Below, one piece after another: positions 16,960 to 27,400 of a stretch of 33,662 bases of DNA (position 1 is the first letter of the stretch; every line of letters starts with the position of its first letter). The stretch is from a virus. Lineage: Duplodnaviria > Caudoviricetes. Where the stretch lies: IMG/VR virus record IMGVR_UViG_3300006802_000284, positions 1 to 33,662 of that record; one strand, 5' to 3'. Both the position numbers and the translations under genes were made by a program. Under the pieces are notes generated by a model. That model made no database searches, had not been told where the DNA came from, and saw nothing but the letters and a program-made list of their open reading frames with translations.

Positions 16960-17424
16960 ATGGCAGCATTGACAGGTACTGTAGCATCCAAGGCACGTAA
17001 CGGATCTTCGATCAAGATCGGGGAAGATTGGTACGGTGCATTCAAAGGCAAGGGACTGGAGAACATCGAGCAGGGGCACACAGTCCAGATCGAGTGGGAC
17101 TTTGACAAGACGGGCAAGTACCGGAACATCAAGTCCGTGATGGTAGTGGGAGGCGCTGCTCGCGCTCCTGCCCAAGCCTCCGGTGGAAGCTCAGGCGGCG
17201 GATACTCCAACCTTGGAGTGGAACTGGGCCATGCTTCCAAGCTGGCGATGGATCTTGTGTTGAATATGCACGATCCTCGCAACGTAGGAGATGATGACTT
17301 CTACGCCGATTGGGCGAAGCACACCAAGAAGGTGTACAAGACCATGCAGGCGCTGCGTGCCGAGTTCAGCAAGCCCACGGAAGCGGCTCCTGCTGCAACT
17401 ACGGAAGAAGAGAGCATCTTCTGA
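16960..17424 (+). CDS. Probable single-stranded DNA-binding protein
   Basis: OB-like N-terminus, Gly-rich linker, acidic/aromatic tail EEESIF; lies between polymerase and exonuclease. Confidence 0.6.
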   Translation: MAALTGTVASKARNGSSIKIGEDWYGAFKGKGLENIEQGHTVQIEWDFDKTGKYRNIKSVMVVGGAARAPAQASGGSSGGGYSNLGVELGHASKLAMDLVLNMHDPRNVGDDDFYADWAKHTKKVYKTMQALRAEFSKPTEAAPAATTEEESIF

Positions 17425-18266
17425 TGTTCCACCGCATAGTGGTAGATGCGGACTCCCTGCTGTACCGTTGTGGATTTGCAGCGGAAGGGGAGCCTGTATC
17501 CCACGCTTGTCACAACTTGAAGCTCCAGATCCAATCGATCAAGGAAGCTCTAGGCACTGACAATGCAGAACTGTACATAAAAGGGAAAGGCAACTTCAGA
17601 AAAGATATTGCCGTATCGTGTACATACAAGGGCACCAGAACCATGAGGGTACCCACGCATTACCCTGCGCTTAGGGACTACATCAAAGAAGTCCATGGCG
17701 CAAAGGAAGTGGATGGCATGGAAGCCGACGATATTTGTTCCGCTATCCTGTTCGAGTACAGCGATAGGGAATCCGGAGTTGTTGTAGCTGCAATGGATAA
17801 GGATCTATGGAACACGCCGGGCTGGCACTTTAACTATGACCCAAGAAAATGGACTACGAGCTACGTTACGATTGCGGAAGCCGACTACAATTTCCTCTTC
17901 CAGTTGGTCGTTGGCGATAGGTCAGACAATGTTCCTGGATTGCCGAGATTGGCACAAGCCAGCGTTGAGCGGTTGGGAGTTGAAGGTGTACGGTCAGGAG
18001 GAGTCGCAGAAACCAAAGCCAAGCGAATCCTGAACTCTCTGAATACCAATCAGGAACGCCTTGAGGAGATATGGACGTTGTACCAAGAGTACGGTAAGGA
18101 AGTCGAATGGAGCGAAAGCGACGTACAGGATTACTTCGTCGAACAAGGAAGGCTCCTGTGGATGACAAGAAGGATGCACGCAGACGGAAGCCCAGTACTG
18201 TGGGAGCCACCCGAGGGCCTGCTCTCAAAGCGACTGAGATCCGAGGATACAGGGAGCAGCAACTAA
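17424..18266 (+). CDS. 5'-3' exonuclease (T7 gp6/FEN-like)
   Basis: DADSLLY, NFR, YKGTR, EADD, DKDL, GDRSDNVPG; TGATG coupling gives the start at 17424. Confidence 0.93.
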   Translation: MFHRIVVDADSLLYRCGFAAEGEPVSHACHNLKLQIQSIKEALGTDNAELYIKGKGNFRKDIAVSCTYKGTRTMRVPTHYPALRDYIKEVHGAKEVDGMEADDICSAILFEYSDRESGVVVAAMDKDLWNTPGWHFNYDPRKWTTSYVTIAEADYNFLFQLVVGDRSDNVPGLPRLAQASVERLGVEGVRSGGVAETKAKRILNSLNTNQERLEEIWTLYQEYGKEVEWSESDVQDYFVEQGRLLWMTRRMHADGSPVLWEPPEGLLSKRLRSEDTGSSN

Positions 18267-18535
18267 AGAATCAGGAGTACTTGTGCCCTCTGTGCAAAAG
18301 GATGATAGCTCTCGATGATGCGGCACTGGACCACTGCCATAAGACTGGAATGATACGGTACGTTCTGCACAGATGGTGCAATGCAGTGCTAGGACGAGTT
18401 GAGAACTGGGCTGGTAGGAGCGGGATCGATAAGATTCAATTCCTCAAAGCGGTAGTACACTACTTGGAGGCTCCACAGACAACTGTGATGCATCCGAGTC
18501 ATGGGAAGAAGCGGAAACGCAGGAGACGCAAATGA
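18107..18535 (+). CDS. Recombination endonuclease VII (true start probably downstream, e.g. GTG 18200)
   Basis: CPLC...LDHCHKTGMIRYVLHRWCNAVLG. Confidence 0.9.
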   Translation: MERKRRTGLLRRTRKAPVDDKKDARRRKPSTVGATRGPALKATEIRGYREQQLKNQEYLCPLCKRMIALDDAALDHCHKTGMIRYVLHRWCNAVLGRVENWAGRSGIDKIQFLKAVVHYLEAPQTTVMHPSHGKKRKRRRRK

Positions 18536-18711
18536 AAGTGTACATTGTGGAGACCAAGGATACGATATTCTGGTCAGATCGTAAGATGGATGCAACGTAT
18601 AAGCACGTTGAGTTCCTGTACGGTCAGGCTAGATTTGGTGAGATGAACAAAGATGATCTCACCAAGAAGGGAAAGCGTCTTGTCCAAATCCAACTTGAGG
18701 AGCAATTCTGA
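18532..18711 (+). CDS. Hypothetical protein (59 aa; not in the ORF track)
   Basis: AGGAG RBS, ATGA overlap; MKVYIVETKDTIFWSDRK...EEQF. Confidence 0.65.
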   Translation: MKVYIVETKDTIFWSDRKMDATYKHVEFLYGQARFGEMNKDDLTKKGKRLVQIQLEEQF

Positions 18712-18917
18712 TGAAAGCTGATGAATACCAGGTTCTTATCATGGCAGTGGAAGAAGGCGTAGCTCAGGGCTTTAACGAACTCCGTCGCATGGATGACGAT
18801 GATGCTTACCTGTACGAGGACTCGAAAGCTGAAGCCAAGATGATTAACGCTGTAATCGACAGCATCCTTTCTTGGTTCCACATCGAGCGTCCTTGGATCA
18901 AAGAAGCAGATGTCTGA
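18711..18917 (+). CDS. Hypothetical protein
   Basis: GAGGAG RBS; AVEEGV..G motif. Confidence 0.7.
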   Translation: MKADEYQVLIMAVEEGVAQGFNELRRMDDDDAYLYEDSKAEAKMINAVIDSILSWFHIERPWIKEADV

Positions 18918-19101
18918 TCTGGAACTGTACGCTAAGTCACTAAATGCCCGAGTGAAGGTAGAGAATGAACTATGGCAAGTAGCTATAGGCGCTGCTGAGT
19001 TACCTACCCGAGAGAAGTGCAGGGAATGGGCACAGAGGCTTGGTATACCAGAGGATGCACTACAACAGTTCAAGCAACTGTTTGGAGATAAATATGCCTG
19101 A
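18910..19101 (+). CDS. Hypothetical protein
   Basis: Overlapping operon gene; LPTREKCREWAQRLG. Confidence 0.65.
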   Translation: MSDLELYAKSLNARVKVENELWQVAIGAAELPTREKCREWAQRLGIPEDALQQFKQLFGDKYA

Positions 19102-19273
19102 TATATGCATGTGTTCTGGAGAAGGCTGTCCTCTTAGATACAAGTGCTACCGAGCACTGGCTAGCTCACATGAGTTAAGACAAGCGTACTTTGAAATGCC
19201 TCCTTATGACGATGAAGAGGGGGTTTGTCTGTACTTCTGGAATCTCGACAAGGACAAAGAGTCATGCGAATAA
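19094..19273 (+). CDS. Small Cys-rich protein
   Basis: GGAG RBS; MPDICMCSGEGCPLRYKCYR...QAYF...CLYFW. Confidence 0.7.
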   Translation: MPDICMCSGEGCPLRYKCYRALASSHELRQAYFEMPPYDDEEGVCLYFWNLDKDKESCE

Positions 19274-20031
19274 TCGTGATACCAGATACCCAAGTCAAAG
19301 CGGATGTACCCTTGACACATCTCAGTGCGCTAGGTAACTACATCTTGGACAAGAAGCCAGAGGTTATCGTGCATATAGGCGATCACTTCGATATGCCATC
19401 CTTGGGTCAGCATAATTCCAAGGGGCACATTGTTTACGAGGGAGCACGGATGCTCTCTGACTTGGAGGCTGGATGGGAGGGAATGGAAGCTCTCCTATCT
19501 CCTGTAAATCGCTACAACGATCAACAGATCAAGAGCAAACACAGACCTTATCGACCGAGGAAGGTATTCTGCTATGGCAATCACGAAAATCGAAGGGACC
19601 GACTCATTGCCCAAGAGCCTTTTTTGCAGGGGGCCTTGCCAGATTACAATCTCAGTAGATACTTCGGCTGGGAGGAACATGCTTTTCTTAGCCCTGTCCG
19701 AATCAACGGAGTTAATTTCTGTCACTATGCACAAGGAGGGAGCATGGGAAGACCTATCTCCCGAGCGCACCTGATCGCTACCAAGAAGCATGAATCCTGG
19801 ATAGTTGGTCACCAGCAGACCTTTGATTACTACATCTCTCCTCATGTAAAGACCGACGGGTCTCGCGTACAGTGCATCATTGCTGGAGCGTTCTACCAGC
19901 ACGAAGAAGACTATATGCAGTTCCAAGGGAATCAGCATTGGCGCGGCGCTCTGATGTTGACAGAGGTACAGAACGGCTCCTACGATATCGTTACTCTTTC
20001 TCTTGATTATCTTTTGAGGAATTGGCTATGA
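19264..20031 (+). CDS. Calcineurin-like metallophosphoesterase
   Basis: IPDTQ, HIGDHFD, GNHE, GHQQ; start at ATG 19264. Confidence 0.9.
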   Translation: MRIIVIPDTQVKADVPLTHLSALGNYILDKKPEVIVHIGDHFDMPSLGQHNSKGHIVYEGARMLSDLEAGWEGMEALLSPVNRYNDQQIKSKHRPYRPRKVFCYGNHENRRDRLIAQEPFLQGALPDYNLSRYFGWEEHAFLSPVRINGVNFCHYAQGGSMGRPISRAHLIATKKHESWIVGHQQTFDYYISPHVKTDGSRVQCIIAGAFYQHEEDYMQFQGNQHWRGALMLTEVQNGSYDIVTLSLDYLLRNWL

Positions 20032-20117
20032 GAGTTCTGGTAGCTTGCGAGTACAGCGGCAGAGTTCGGGATGCCTTTACCGGCATAGCTCAAGCAATGG
20101 CAGATCAATGGGGATGA
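20028..20117 (+). pseudogene. Internally deleted remnant of a phage DNA-cytosine-methylase-like gene (29 aa)
   Basis: GAGGA RBS. MRVLVACEYSGRVRDAF joined to TGIAQAMADQWG matches the recalled N- and C-termini of a much longer family. Confidence 0.75.
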
Positions 20118-20118
20118 C

Positions 20119-20367
20119 ATGGACGATTCCGAAATCGACTTCAATCTCAGCGACTACACAGGAGATAATGTAAACCATCCTAGACACTACACTCAGCATC
20201 CTTCCGGCATTGAAGCCATCGAAGTAACGGAACACTTTAATTTTTGCGTTGGTAATGCAATCAAATATCTCTGGAGGGCAGGACTAAAGGACGATACAAT
20301 ACAAGACCTACAGAAAGCTCTGTGGTATGTCCAACGTGAAATTGAAAGGAGACAACGGCATGACTGA
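20119..20367 (+). CDS. DUF3310 family protein (T7 gp1.7/SaV-like)
   Basis: DNVNHPRHYT...IEAIEV...GNAIKYLWRAG.K...DLQKALWY. Confidence 0.88.
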   Translation: MDDSEIDFNLSDYTGDNVNHPRHYTQHPSGIEAIEVTEHFNFCVGNAIKYLWRAGLKDDTIQDLQKALWYVQREIERRQRHD

Positions 20368-21988
20368 GTTCCGGAACAGCTTCGGTGAGAATGTATTCAA
20401 GAACAAGTACGCTCTGCGCCCAGAGCAGACATGGGCTGAGAAGGCCCACGATATTGTACAAGATGTGACCACTAATCTCTTTGCCAAGGATCATCAAGAC
20501 GCCTTGGAGAAGTTCATCGCCTCGTTCAAGTTCATTCCTGGAGGTCGGTATGTTTACTATGCAGGGCGTCAGGCAAGATTCTACAACAACTGTTACCTTC
20601 TCAGGGGAGAAGAAGATACCCGCGAAGAATGGGGTAGGCTCCTTAAAAGGGCCAGCGATTGCCTTATGTCTGGGGGCGGGATTGGCGTGGATTATTCTGT
20701 CTTCCGTCCTCATGGGGCAAATCTGGGCCGTACTGGAGGTCGCGCAAGCGGGCCTATCCCTCTCATGCACTCTATCAACGAAGTCGGACGAAATGTTATG
20801 CAAGGTGGCTCTAGACGCTCTGCCATCTACGCCAGCATCAATTGGCGACACGGGGACGCAGAAGCCTTCCTGAAGGTAAAGAACTGGAAGGACATGCCTA
20901 TCCATGCAGGGTACTCTTTGCACGATGCCAAGAACGACAACTTCAACTTCCCTGCTCCGCTAGATATGACCAACATCTCTCTGAACTACGACGATGCATT
21001 CCTTGATGCAGTCCAGCAAGGATACATTCCGTCGGTATTTATTGATAATTGCCGACAAGCTATGTCAACAGGAGAACCAGGATTCTCGTTCAACTTCGGA
21101 GACAAAGAGAATGAAACTCTTCGTAATGCGTGTACTGAGGTTACTTCCGCTGATGATTCTGATGTGTGTAACCTTGGTAGTATTAACATTGGCCGGATTG
21201 ATACACTACAAGAGTTCAGGGAAGTCGTTCGGCTTGCGTCTGGCTTTCTGGTATGCGGAACTATTACGGCGGACCTTCCCTACAAAAAGGTATACGAAGT
21301 TCGCAAGAAGAACCGCCGATTGGGTCTTGGACTCATGGGAATACATGAATGGCTTCTGAAGCGGAACTACAAGTACGAGATGGTTCCTGAGCTTCGACAG
21401 TGGATGGAGGTGTATCGTGAAGAGTCTGAACGAGCAGCTAATAGTCTTTGTGATCGTCTCAGTATTAGTCGCCCTGTCGCTTATAGGGCAATCGCACCCA
21501 CTGGGTCAATTGGTATACTGGCTGGTACTACTACTGGCATTGAGCCTTTGTTTGCGGTGGCTTACAAAAGACGATACCTAGTAGACGGGGACAAGTGGAA
21601 GTACGAGTACGTAGTGGATGCTACTGCGGACGCACTTATCCGTGAAGGCATTGATCCTAACAAGATCGAGACTGCAATTGACCTCGTTCCTGACTGGGAA
21701 CGCCGAGTGAGGTTCCAAGCCGATGTCCAGGATTATGTCGATATGTCTATCTCTAGTACTATTAATCTCCCCTCTTGGGGTAGCGATCTCAATAATGATG
21801 ATCGCGTTGGGGAGTTCTCCAATATACTGGCTAAGTACGCTCACCGTCTTCGCGGCTTTACTTGCTATCCCGACGGCGCTAGAGGCGGACAACCGCTAGA
21901 AGCTGTATCCTACAAGGAAGCTATGAAGCACAAAGGAGTTGTGTACGAAGAAAATGACGCGTGTAAAGGAGGCGTCTGTGGACTCTGA
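20360..21988 (+). CDS. nrdJ: Ribonucleotide reductase, class II (adenosylcobalamin-dependent)
   Basis: PGGR, NNC, GGGIG, RNACTE (NxCxE), VCNLGSIN, IAPTGSI, C-terminal CKGGVC. No small-subunit gene nearby. AAGGAG RBS before 20360. Confidence 0.9.
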   Translation: MTEFRNSFGENVFKNKYALRPEQTWAEKAHDIVQDVTTNLFAKDHQDALEKFIASFKFIPGGRYVYYAGRQARFYNNCYLLRGEEDTREEWGRLLKRASDCLMSGGGIGVDYSVFRPHGANLGRTGGRASGPIPLMHSINEVGRNVMQGGSRRSAIYASINWRHGDAEAFLKVKNWKDMPIHAGYSLHDAKNDNFNFPAPLDMTNISLNYDDAFLDAVQQGYIPSVFIDNCRQAMSTGEPGFSFNFGDKENETLRNACTEVTSADDSDVCNLGSINIGRIDTLQEFREVVRLASGFLVCGTITADLPYKKVYEVRKKNRRLGLGLMGIHEWLLKRNYKYEMVPELRQWMEVYREESERAANSLCDRLSISRPVAYRAIAPTGSIGILAGTTTGIEPLFAVAYKRRYLVDGDKWKYEYVVDATADALIREGIDPNKIETAIDLVPDWERRVRFQADVQDYVDMSISSTINLPSWGSDLNNDDRVGEFSNILAKYAHRLRGFTCYPDGARGGQPLEAVSYKEAMKHKGVVYEENDACKGGVCGL

Positions 21989-22211
21989 TAAACCGGACTC
22001 AAAGGTAAAGAACTTCCCGAAACCAAAGAGGCTGACTCCTGACGATCTGGAGGCCTTGCCATTAGCTCACGTATGTTCTGCGGATGACAATATCCAATCC
22101 TTCCGATGGAATATCCACATGAAAGGAGATGGCCTGTGGTTTATCTGCTGTAACTGCGGACTAGGAATGGATCTCCAGAGCGTACTAGAGTGCTACGAGG
22201 ATACAGAATGA
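21978..22211 (+). CDS. Hypothetical protein, possible Zn ribbon
   Basis: AAGGAGG RBS before GTG 21978; HVC...CCNCG. Confidence 0.6.
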   Translation: MDSDKPDSKVKNFPKPKRLTPDDLEALPLAHVCSADDNIQSFRWNIHMKGDGLWFICCNCGLGMDLQSVLECYEDTE

Positions 22212-22253
22212 GAAACGCCCCCGAAGGGGCGTCAAGCTAGAGATGCTATCTCT
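22212..22253. terminator. Terminator between the convergent arms
   Basis: ACGCCCC-CGAA-GGGGCGT (cUUCGg loop followed by TTTCT on the minus strand) at 22215-22232, plus a second hairpin AGAGAT-GCT-ATCTCT at 22239-22253. Confidence 0.75.
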
Positions 22254-22262
22254 TCGCAAAAG

Positions 22263-22598
22263 TCACTTGAACCCATCATGCTCAAGGGAGTAATGGTTGG
22301 CATCCTTGAATCGTCCACCCCAGGATCCACCCATTGACTCCCACTTCTCTCCCAGAGGCTTGTGTGCCTCTCCATCCGTAACGTACTTGCCGTTGACGAA
22401 CAGATTGAGATCCATTGCGAGTCTCAACTTATGGCAAGAGTTCCTAGCTCCGTACCCCATCTTGACTCCCAGTTCTCCGTGCAAGCGTGGATCCCTGTAG
22501 GCATCCCCTAGAGTGATCTCGTAGCCTTTCTCGTATGCCCAGAGAATCAACTCTGCAATCATCTTGGAGAACAGCTTCTGCTTCTGGGAGAGTGTCAT
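22263..22598 (-). CDS. Endolysin, M15 family (L-Ala-D-Glu-type) peptidase
   Basis: AYR, SCHKLRLAMD (SxHxxxxAxD), WGGRF.DANH. Confidence 0.9.
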   Translation of the reverse strand: MTLSQKQKLFSKMIAELILWAYEKGYEITLGDAYRDPRLHGELGVKMGYGARNSCHKLRLAMDLNLFVNGKYVTDGEAHKPLGEKWESMGGSWGGRFKDANHYSLEHDGFK

Positions 22599-24397
22599 TG
22601 ATCTGCCTCGACTTGGGCAGGAGCAGTACCAATGTTCACGTTGAAGAACTTCTTAGCCAATTCATCCCTTGATCCGTATCGGATAGTACCGTGCTTATCA
22701 ACTATTTCGAGAACACCCATTACTCCGTTAAGAGCAGCAGCAGTATTGTTAGCCCTTTGATCCGTAGATACAAACACTCCGTCCTTCCCGTATCTAAGGT
22801 TTCCGATTAGAGGCCCTATATCTCTTTGAAGATCCTCTATCTGCTGTTGTGCAACCTTACGGATATTCTCGGTAGCTGTTTCCGGATTAGGAAGATTCCC
22901 TACAACGTTTGCAATTTCAGGGCGTACAATTTTTAAGTACGCTTTTGGTCGTTCGTTTCGATTAATTAGAGATACCTCTCCAGCTACTTGACTGAGAAAA
23001 TTCTGGAAGACTTGAGGATCTTGCATAGCAATAGCTGGATCAATTCCTGCAATTGACGCAGCAGTGGCAACATTGTTGAGAGCAGGATCTACCGGATTTC
23101 CTTGCATAACAGAAGAAATTGCTTGTGCTTTATCATTTGTTGTAAGCAATCCACGAATAGATTTTTTGAGTTCAGGCATATCGTTTTCAGTTAATCTCAA
23201 CGAAGCAACAATGCTTTCTTGTATTCCAAAAGGATAACTAAAAATTTTTCCAAGAACAGGATCTTTCAGTATATCTAGATTGTACCTATCTTTTAGAGCT
23301 TTTGCTTGAGAAGCAACTACATCAGCATTGGATCCTTTGCCGTAAAAAGATTCTCTGTACCTGTCAACTTGATCCACCAATCTTCTATAAGTATCGTCAA
23401 TCGATTTCCTATCAAGAAATACAGGCTGGCCTGTATTAGGATCAATAATAGGTTTGTTAAGTTCTGTTAGGATATTTGCAAGAATTCGAGTGCTTCCCGC
23501 ATTAAATTGGTTTTGCGCTTCTGCTGGGTTAGTGGTAAGCAATCCGCTGTCAATAAAAGAATACAACGTATCAGTCAGTTTTTGAGAGTAGTACGCTTCT
23601 CTCCCTGCCATTACGTTATTGTTAAACGTAGCAAACGCTTCTCTTCCCCTATCGGTTTGACCGGCTTGGAATTCATCCCTGCTGAATCCTAGGCGTTCTT
23701 CCGCTCTTTCATCTGCTCGAACGGCTCTTTCTTCTCTTTTGGTTGCTCGGTACTCGTCAAGATGAGCTAGTTCTGATGTCTTTAGAAGAGCCTGTTGATC
23801 TGCTGCTATTAACTCTTGTTCATCCATAAGATCAATAGGTTTAGTAAAAGATATACCAGCTGCTGCTGCATGTGTGTAAACACTTTCTCTTTTCTTGGCA
23901 AGTATTTTCTCCGCCTCAGACATATTAGCCGCAGCCCTTGCTGCTGCTGCATCCAACAACTGGAGTGTCTGAGCGTACTCTTCGTTGATCTGTCCAGCGG
24001 CTCTTTTGTACCGCTCTGCAAACCAAGGTTCTTTCGCAATCTTTGCCCTAGCTCTTGCAGCAAGAACAAGCGCAGCGTTATCTCCGACACCCATAACGCC
24101 CATTTGAGAGGCACGATCCGCTAGTTGATCCAATTCCTTTTCACCAGGACTTTTTGGTTCGTACTGCTGCCCAAGAGGATCCGCAGTGTATCCAAGATTC
24201 ATGCGGAACTCTTTCTCTGCCTCTCTTTTGAAGTCCTGTTCTTTGACAGTGCCATAGAGTTCTACTGCTGGGCCAATTGCACCAGCAATAGCTTTTCCTA
24301 TAATAGCTCCAGACTGATCCACTGCCCCGGCTTGTGGAGTAACAGCGTTCTGTACGGGACTAATCTGAGTAGCTTGAATGCTAAAATCTGTCGCCAT
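22595..24397 (-). CDS. Internal virion (ejection) protein
   Basis: 600 aa, helical and Ala/Gln-rich, GAGG RBS; follows the large internal protein. Confidence 0.6.
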   Translation of the reverse strand: MATDFSIQATQISPVQNAVTPQAGAVDQSGAIIGKAIAGAIGPAVELYGTVKEQDFKREAEKEFRMNLGYTADPLGQQYEPKSPGEKELDQLADRASQMGVMGVGDNAALVLAARARAKIAKEPWFAERYKRAAGQINEEYAQTLQLLDAAAARAAANMSEAEKILAKKRESVYTHAAAAGISFTKPIDLMDEQELIAADQQALLKTSELAHLDEYRATKREERAVRADERAEERLGFSRDEFQAGQTDRGREAFATFNNNVMAGREAYYSQKLTDTLYSFIDSGLLTTNPAEAQNQFNAGSTRILANILTELNKPIIDPNTGQPVFLDRKSIDDTYRRLVDQVDRYRESFYGKGSNADVVASQAKALKDRYNLDILKDPVLGKIFSYPFGIQESIVASLRLTENDMPELKKSIRGLLTTNDKAQAISSVMQGNPVDPALNNVATAASIAGIDPAIAMQDPQVFQNFLSQVAGEVSLINRNERPKAYLKIVRPEIANVVGNLPNPETATENIRKVAQQQIEDLQRDIGPLIGNLRYGKDGVFVSTDQRANNTAAALNGVMGVLEIVDKHGTIRYGSRDELAKKFFNVNIGTAPAQVEADQ

Positions 24398-24406
24398 GTT
24401 TTCCTC

Positions 24407-27400
24407 TTATTTAGAAATGAAACCTTGTTTCTTTGCTTCTTCCAGTCTCTTTTGAGTAGTTGGATTTCGCATAATCGAAGCAGCCTTGCTATCTACTTCT
24501 CCTTGAATACTGTCAGGAATAGTATCCAATAGAACCTGCATGGATACTTTTGCTTGGTTCATTCGAGACACACTGCCATCCCGCAAAGCCGCCTCGTATC
24601 GTATTTCTAGCTCTACAATACTACTGGCGTAATCCCACATCATTTGCTGTTTATTTTTATCCCACTCATTTACTCTGAAAGCAATAGTCTCGTCGCCACT
24701 AGCTATTCCAAGCCATCGCAAGAAATTAGGGTAAGCCTCTGCATTATAATTAGTAATCGCATTTCTTTTTCTATTGATCTCAAATCCCAGTTTCTCTGCA
24801 AAATATGCCTTGGATGCAGTATTCCAACTTGAAGTAAGGCCAGCTAATTCGCTAAAAATAAGATCACCTGCATCAAAAACACCTCCCCAATCTACTTCTT
24901 CGGATTGAGCTTGTCGCAAACTTGCCGCAGCAAAAATCTCTCCAAGGGCAGGGAATACATTGTATACATCCATAACGGTCGAACTAGATACGCCACCATA
25001 AGCTGCAAGAACACTTTGCTTTGTTTCAAGAAAATCTGTGTACAATGTACTTAACAAAGTTCCGTTACCCATTCTAGAAGAGAACGCCGAGTCTATTCCC
25101 AACATTCTGGAAAGAGCATCCACGCCGCCCAAATAAACTTTTTTCATGGCCTCCATGCTGGGAGGCTCTTCTCCAGTTTTTTCCGCTCTTTCAGCCGCTT
25201 GCTTGAAGTAATAATCAGCGATAGCTGTACCACCAGGAAAACCATTAGCGCCCCACAGTCCAATGGACGCGGCAATAAAACGAAGTCTTTCTGCTCCAGT
25301 TAAACTCCGATCAAGGAATAAAAGACTTTCGGTTTGTTTCCATGACCAGTTAAGCATCTGCATCGTTAGCGCAGTAGCATCGTTTCTTTGCCACCAAAAA
25401 CTGTTTCCACTTCGTACATTGTTTTGAAGTTCATTGCTTCTTCCTTGGATCCAAGCAATGTATTCGTCGCTTCCTTGTTTGAACTGACCTTTCTTGGAAA
25501 GATCAATTGCTTCTCTTCGAGCAATACCAAAAGAGGTAGCATTTACGAACTTCTCGCCTTCAAAGGTAGGTATAAGCCCGAACTCAGTTGTTTTGGAGAA
25601 AGCTCTGGAAATAGGACCAGTTAGGTTACCTATGTCCGCAATTGTGTCCAGCGTACCTTCCGTCTTCCCTATCTCTTTAAGATTGGTTCGTTGCCAATCA
25701 TAAAGCATTTTAGTGAAATCGCCTTTCTTATATCCAAGAGCAAGAGAAGCCTCAGTGTCCAGAATTTTAACAACTCTATTATTAAAATCACTAGCACTTG
25801 CCATTAGAATAAACGGAGCATCCTTAAAAGCAGGAATACCGTTAAGCCCGCCTCTTGCCACTGCTAACAAAGCAGAAGATCCTTGCAGCAAAAACTGGCC
25901 TGGATAAATAAAACCCATGTATCTTATATAGTTCAGGGCTTTAAGAAAATTAACAGCATCGTTGTCAGTTACAATAGTTCCTCTTTTGACGGCCTTTGGG
26001 ATCCACTTAGCAAATGACTTATCCCCCAAAGAGTTAGCCATTGCTTTCGCTATATTAGTTTTAGTTTCTAAAACTTTTTTATTGAATCCACTTATGTGCC
26101 CAACCTCTCTAAGGATATGCATCCTTTGAGCTTCTGCTATTGTTTTCTTTTCTAAAGAAAGATTTATACTCGGCCTCCATGTCCCATCGCGGAATCTTTG
26201 TTCCGGACTAGGGAAACGGATATTAGGATCTTTCAGTTCAAGAAACTTTCCGTACTTCGCCATCCAGGAATTAATTTCCTTAATAGCAAAATCATTGAAG
26301 CCTGCCATCCTTGAGGCGTGCGCTATCTGATCTCCAAGAGCCTCGAACGGCGAAATTAAATCAGCGTATTGCTCAAGGTATCCATTAGTAAGATGCTCTC
26401 CCCGAGGACTGTAATACAATCCACCTCTGTACTGATAGGACTGGAGATTAGGATCTCCAAGAATGCCCTCACGAGGCATTGCTTCTCTATCGTACAAATG
26501 CACGAACTCGCTATCAGGATTAAATCTTCCGCGAAGTACTTCGTCCTCTACTCGCTGCAATGTATATCCATCGTGAGCCGCTTGTATGGCAGCATCGTGT
26601 TGTCTACGCAATGCGTTAACCGCCTGAGCATTAGCACCAGGGCCAAGTTTCTGTACAGCAGCTTTGTAATCCTTAAATTCTTTAGAAACAGCTTCCATCC
26701 TCGCTGCATGTTCAAGGGCTTTCTTTCGGCTAGGAAAGATTGCGTGAGTAATCAAATTCCCGTCTATGCCGTCTTGTTTAACCAAATGAGTTTCTGCGTA
26801 CCGGCGCGGCCCGCCTTCAGTATAACCAAGAACGTACTTATTAACGCCAGAAGAAGCTACATCGTTCCGGTTATGAATAATGTGGGTAATCTCATCATCA
26901 CCCCAAGTCATCCTACCGTATACACTAACAACCACATTGTCTTTATTCGCTATGCTGGCGGCGGCAGCAGTCTTATCTACTACTTGCCCATTAGGCAGAA
27001 GAAACTTGGCGTCCTTGGCAATTGGCCCAGTATTCTCTACGATCTTTCCAATGACAGGCTCAGTAAGATTCTTTAAACCGTTAAACTTAATGTGGTTATA
27101 TCCATTAGCTACTATCCAATCTCTTTTAGCTTTGTTCATCAAAACATAATCAAGATCAGAAGCCATACGATAAGCGTAATACGCATCCTTTTCTACAAAG
27201 GTCGCTGGACGCTGATAAATATCAATGAATGCTTGGTTAAGTTCTGATTCAGTCTCAAACCATTTTCCCAGCGTCCTTCCGCTAGGATCTGTTGGATGCG
27301 GAGTACGCATACCTTTAAGAATAACATTCGCTACACTTTTTGCATCTTCTCTGGAAAGTTTAGAGAATTTCTCTAGCAAAGGATCGTACAGTTTTAAGTA

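Noticed and set aside
12076-21160. Other CTGATGA occurrences (~12077, ~15828, ~18708, ~21150) as additional hammerheads
   Set aside because: They are inside or at junctions of coding genes, without the matching GAAA and stem architecture.
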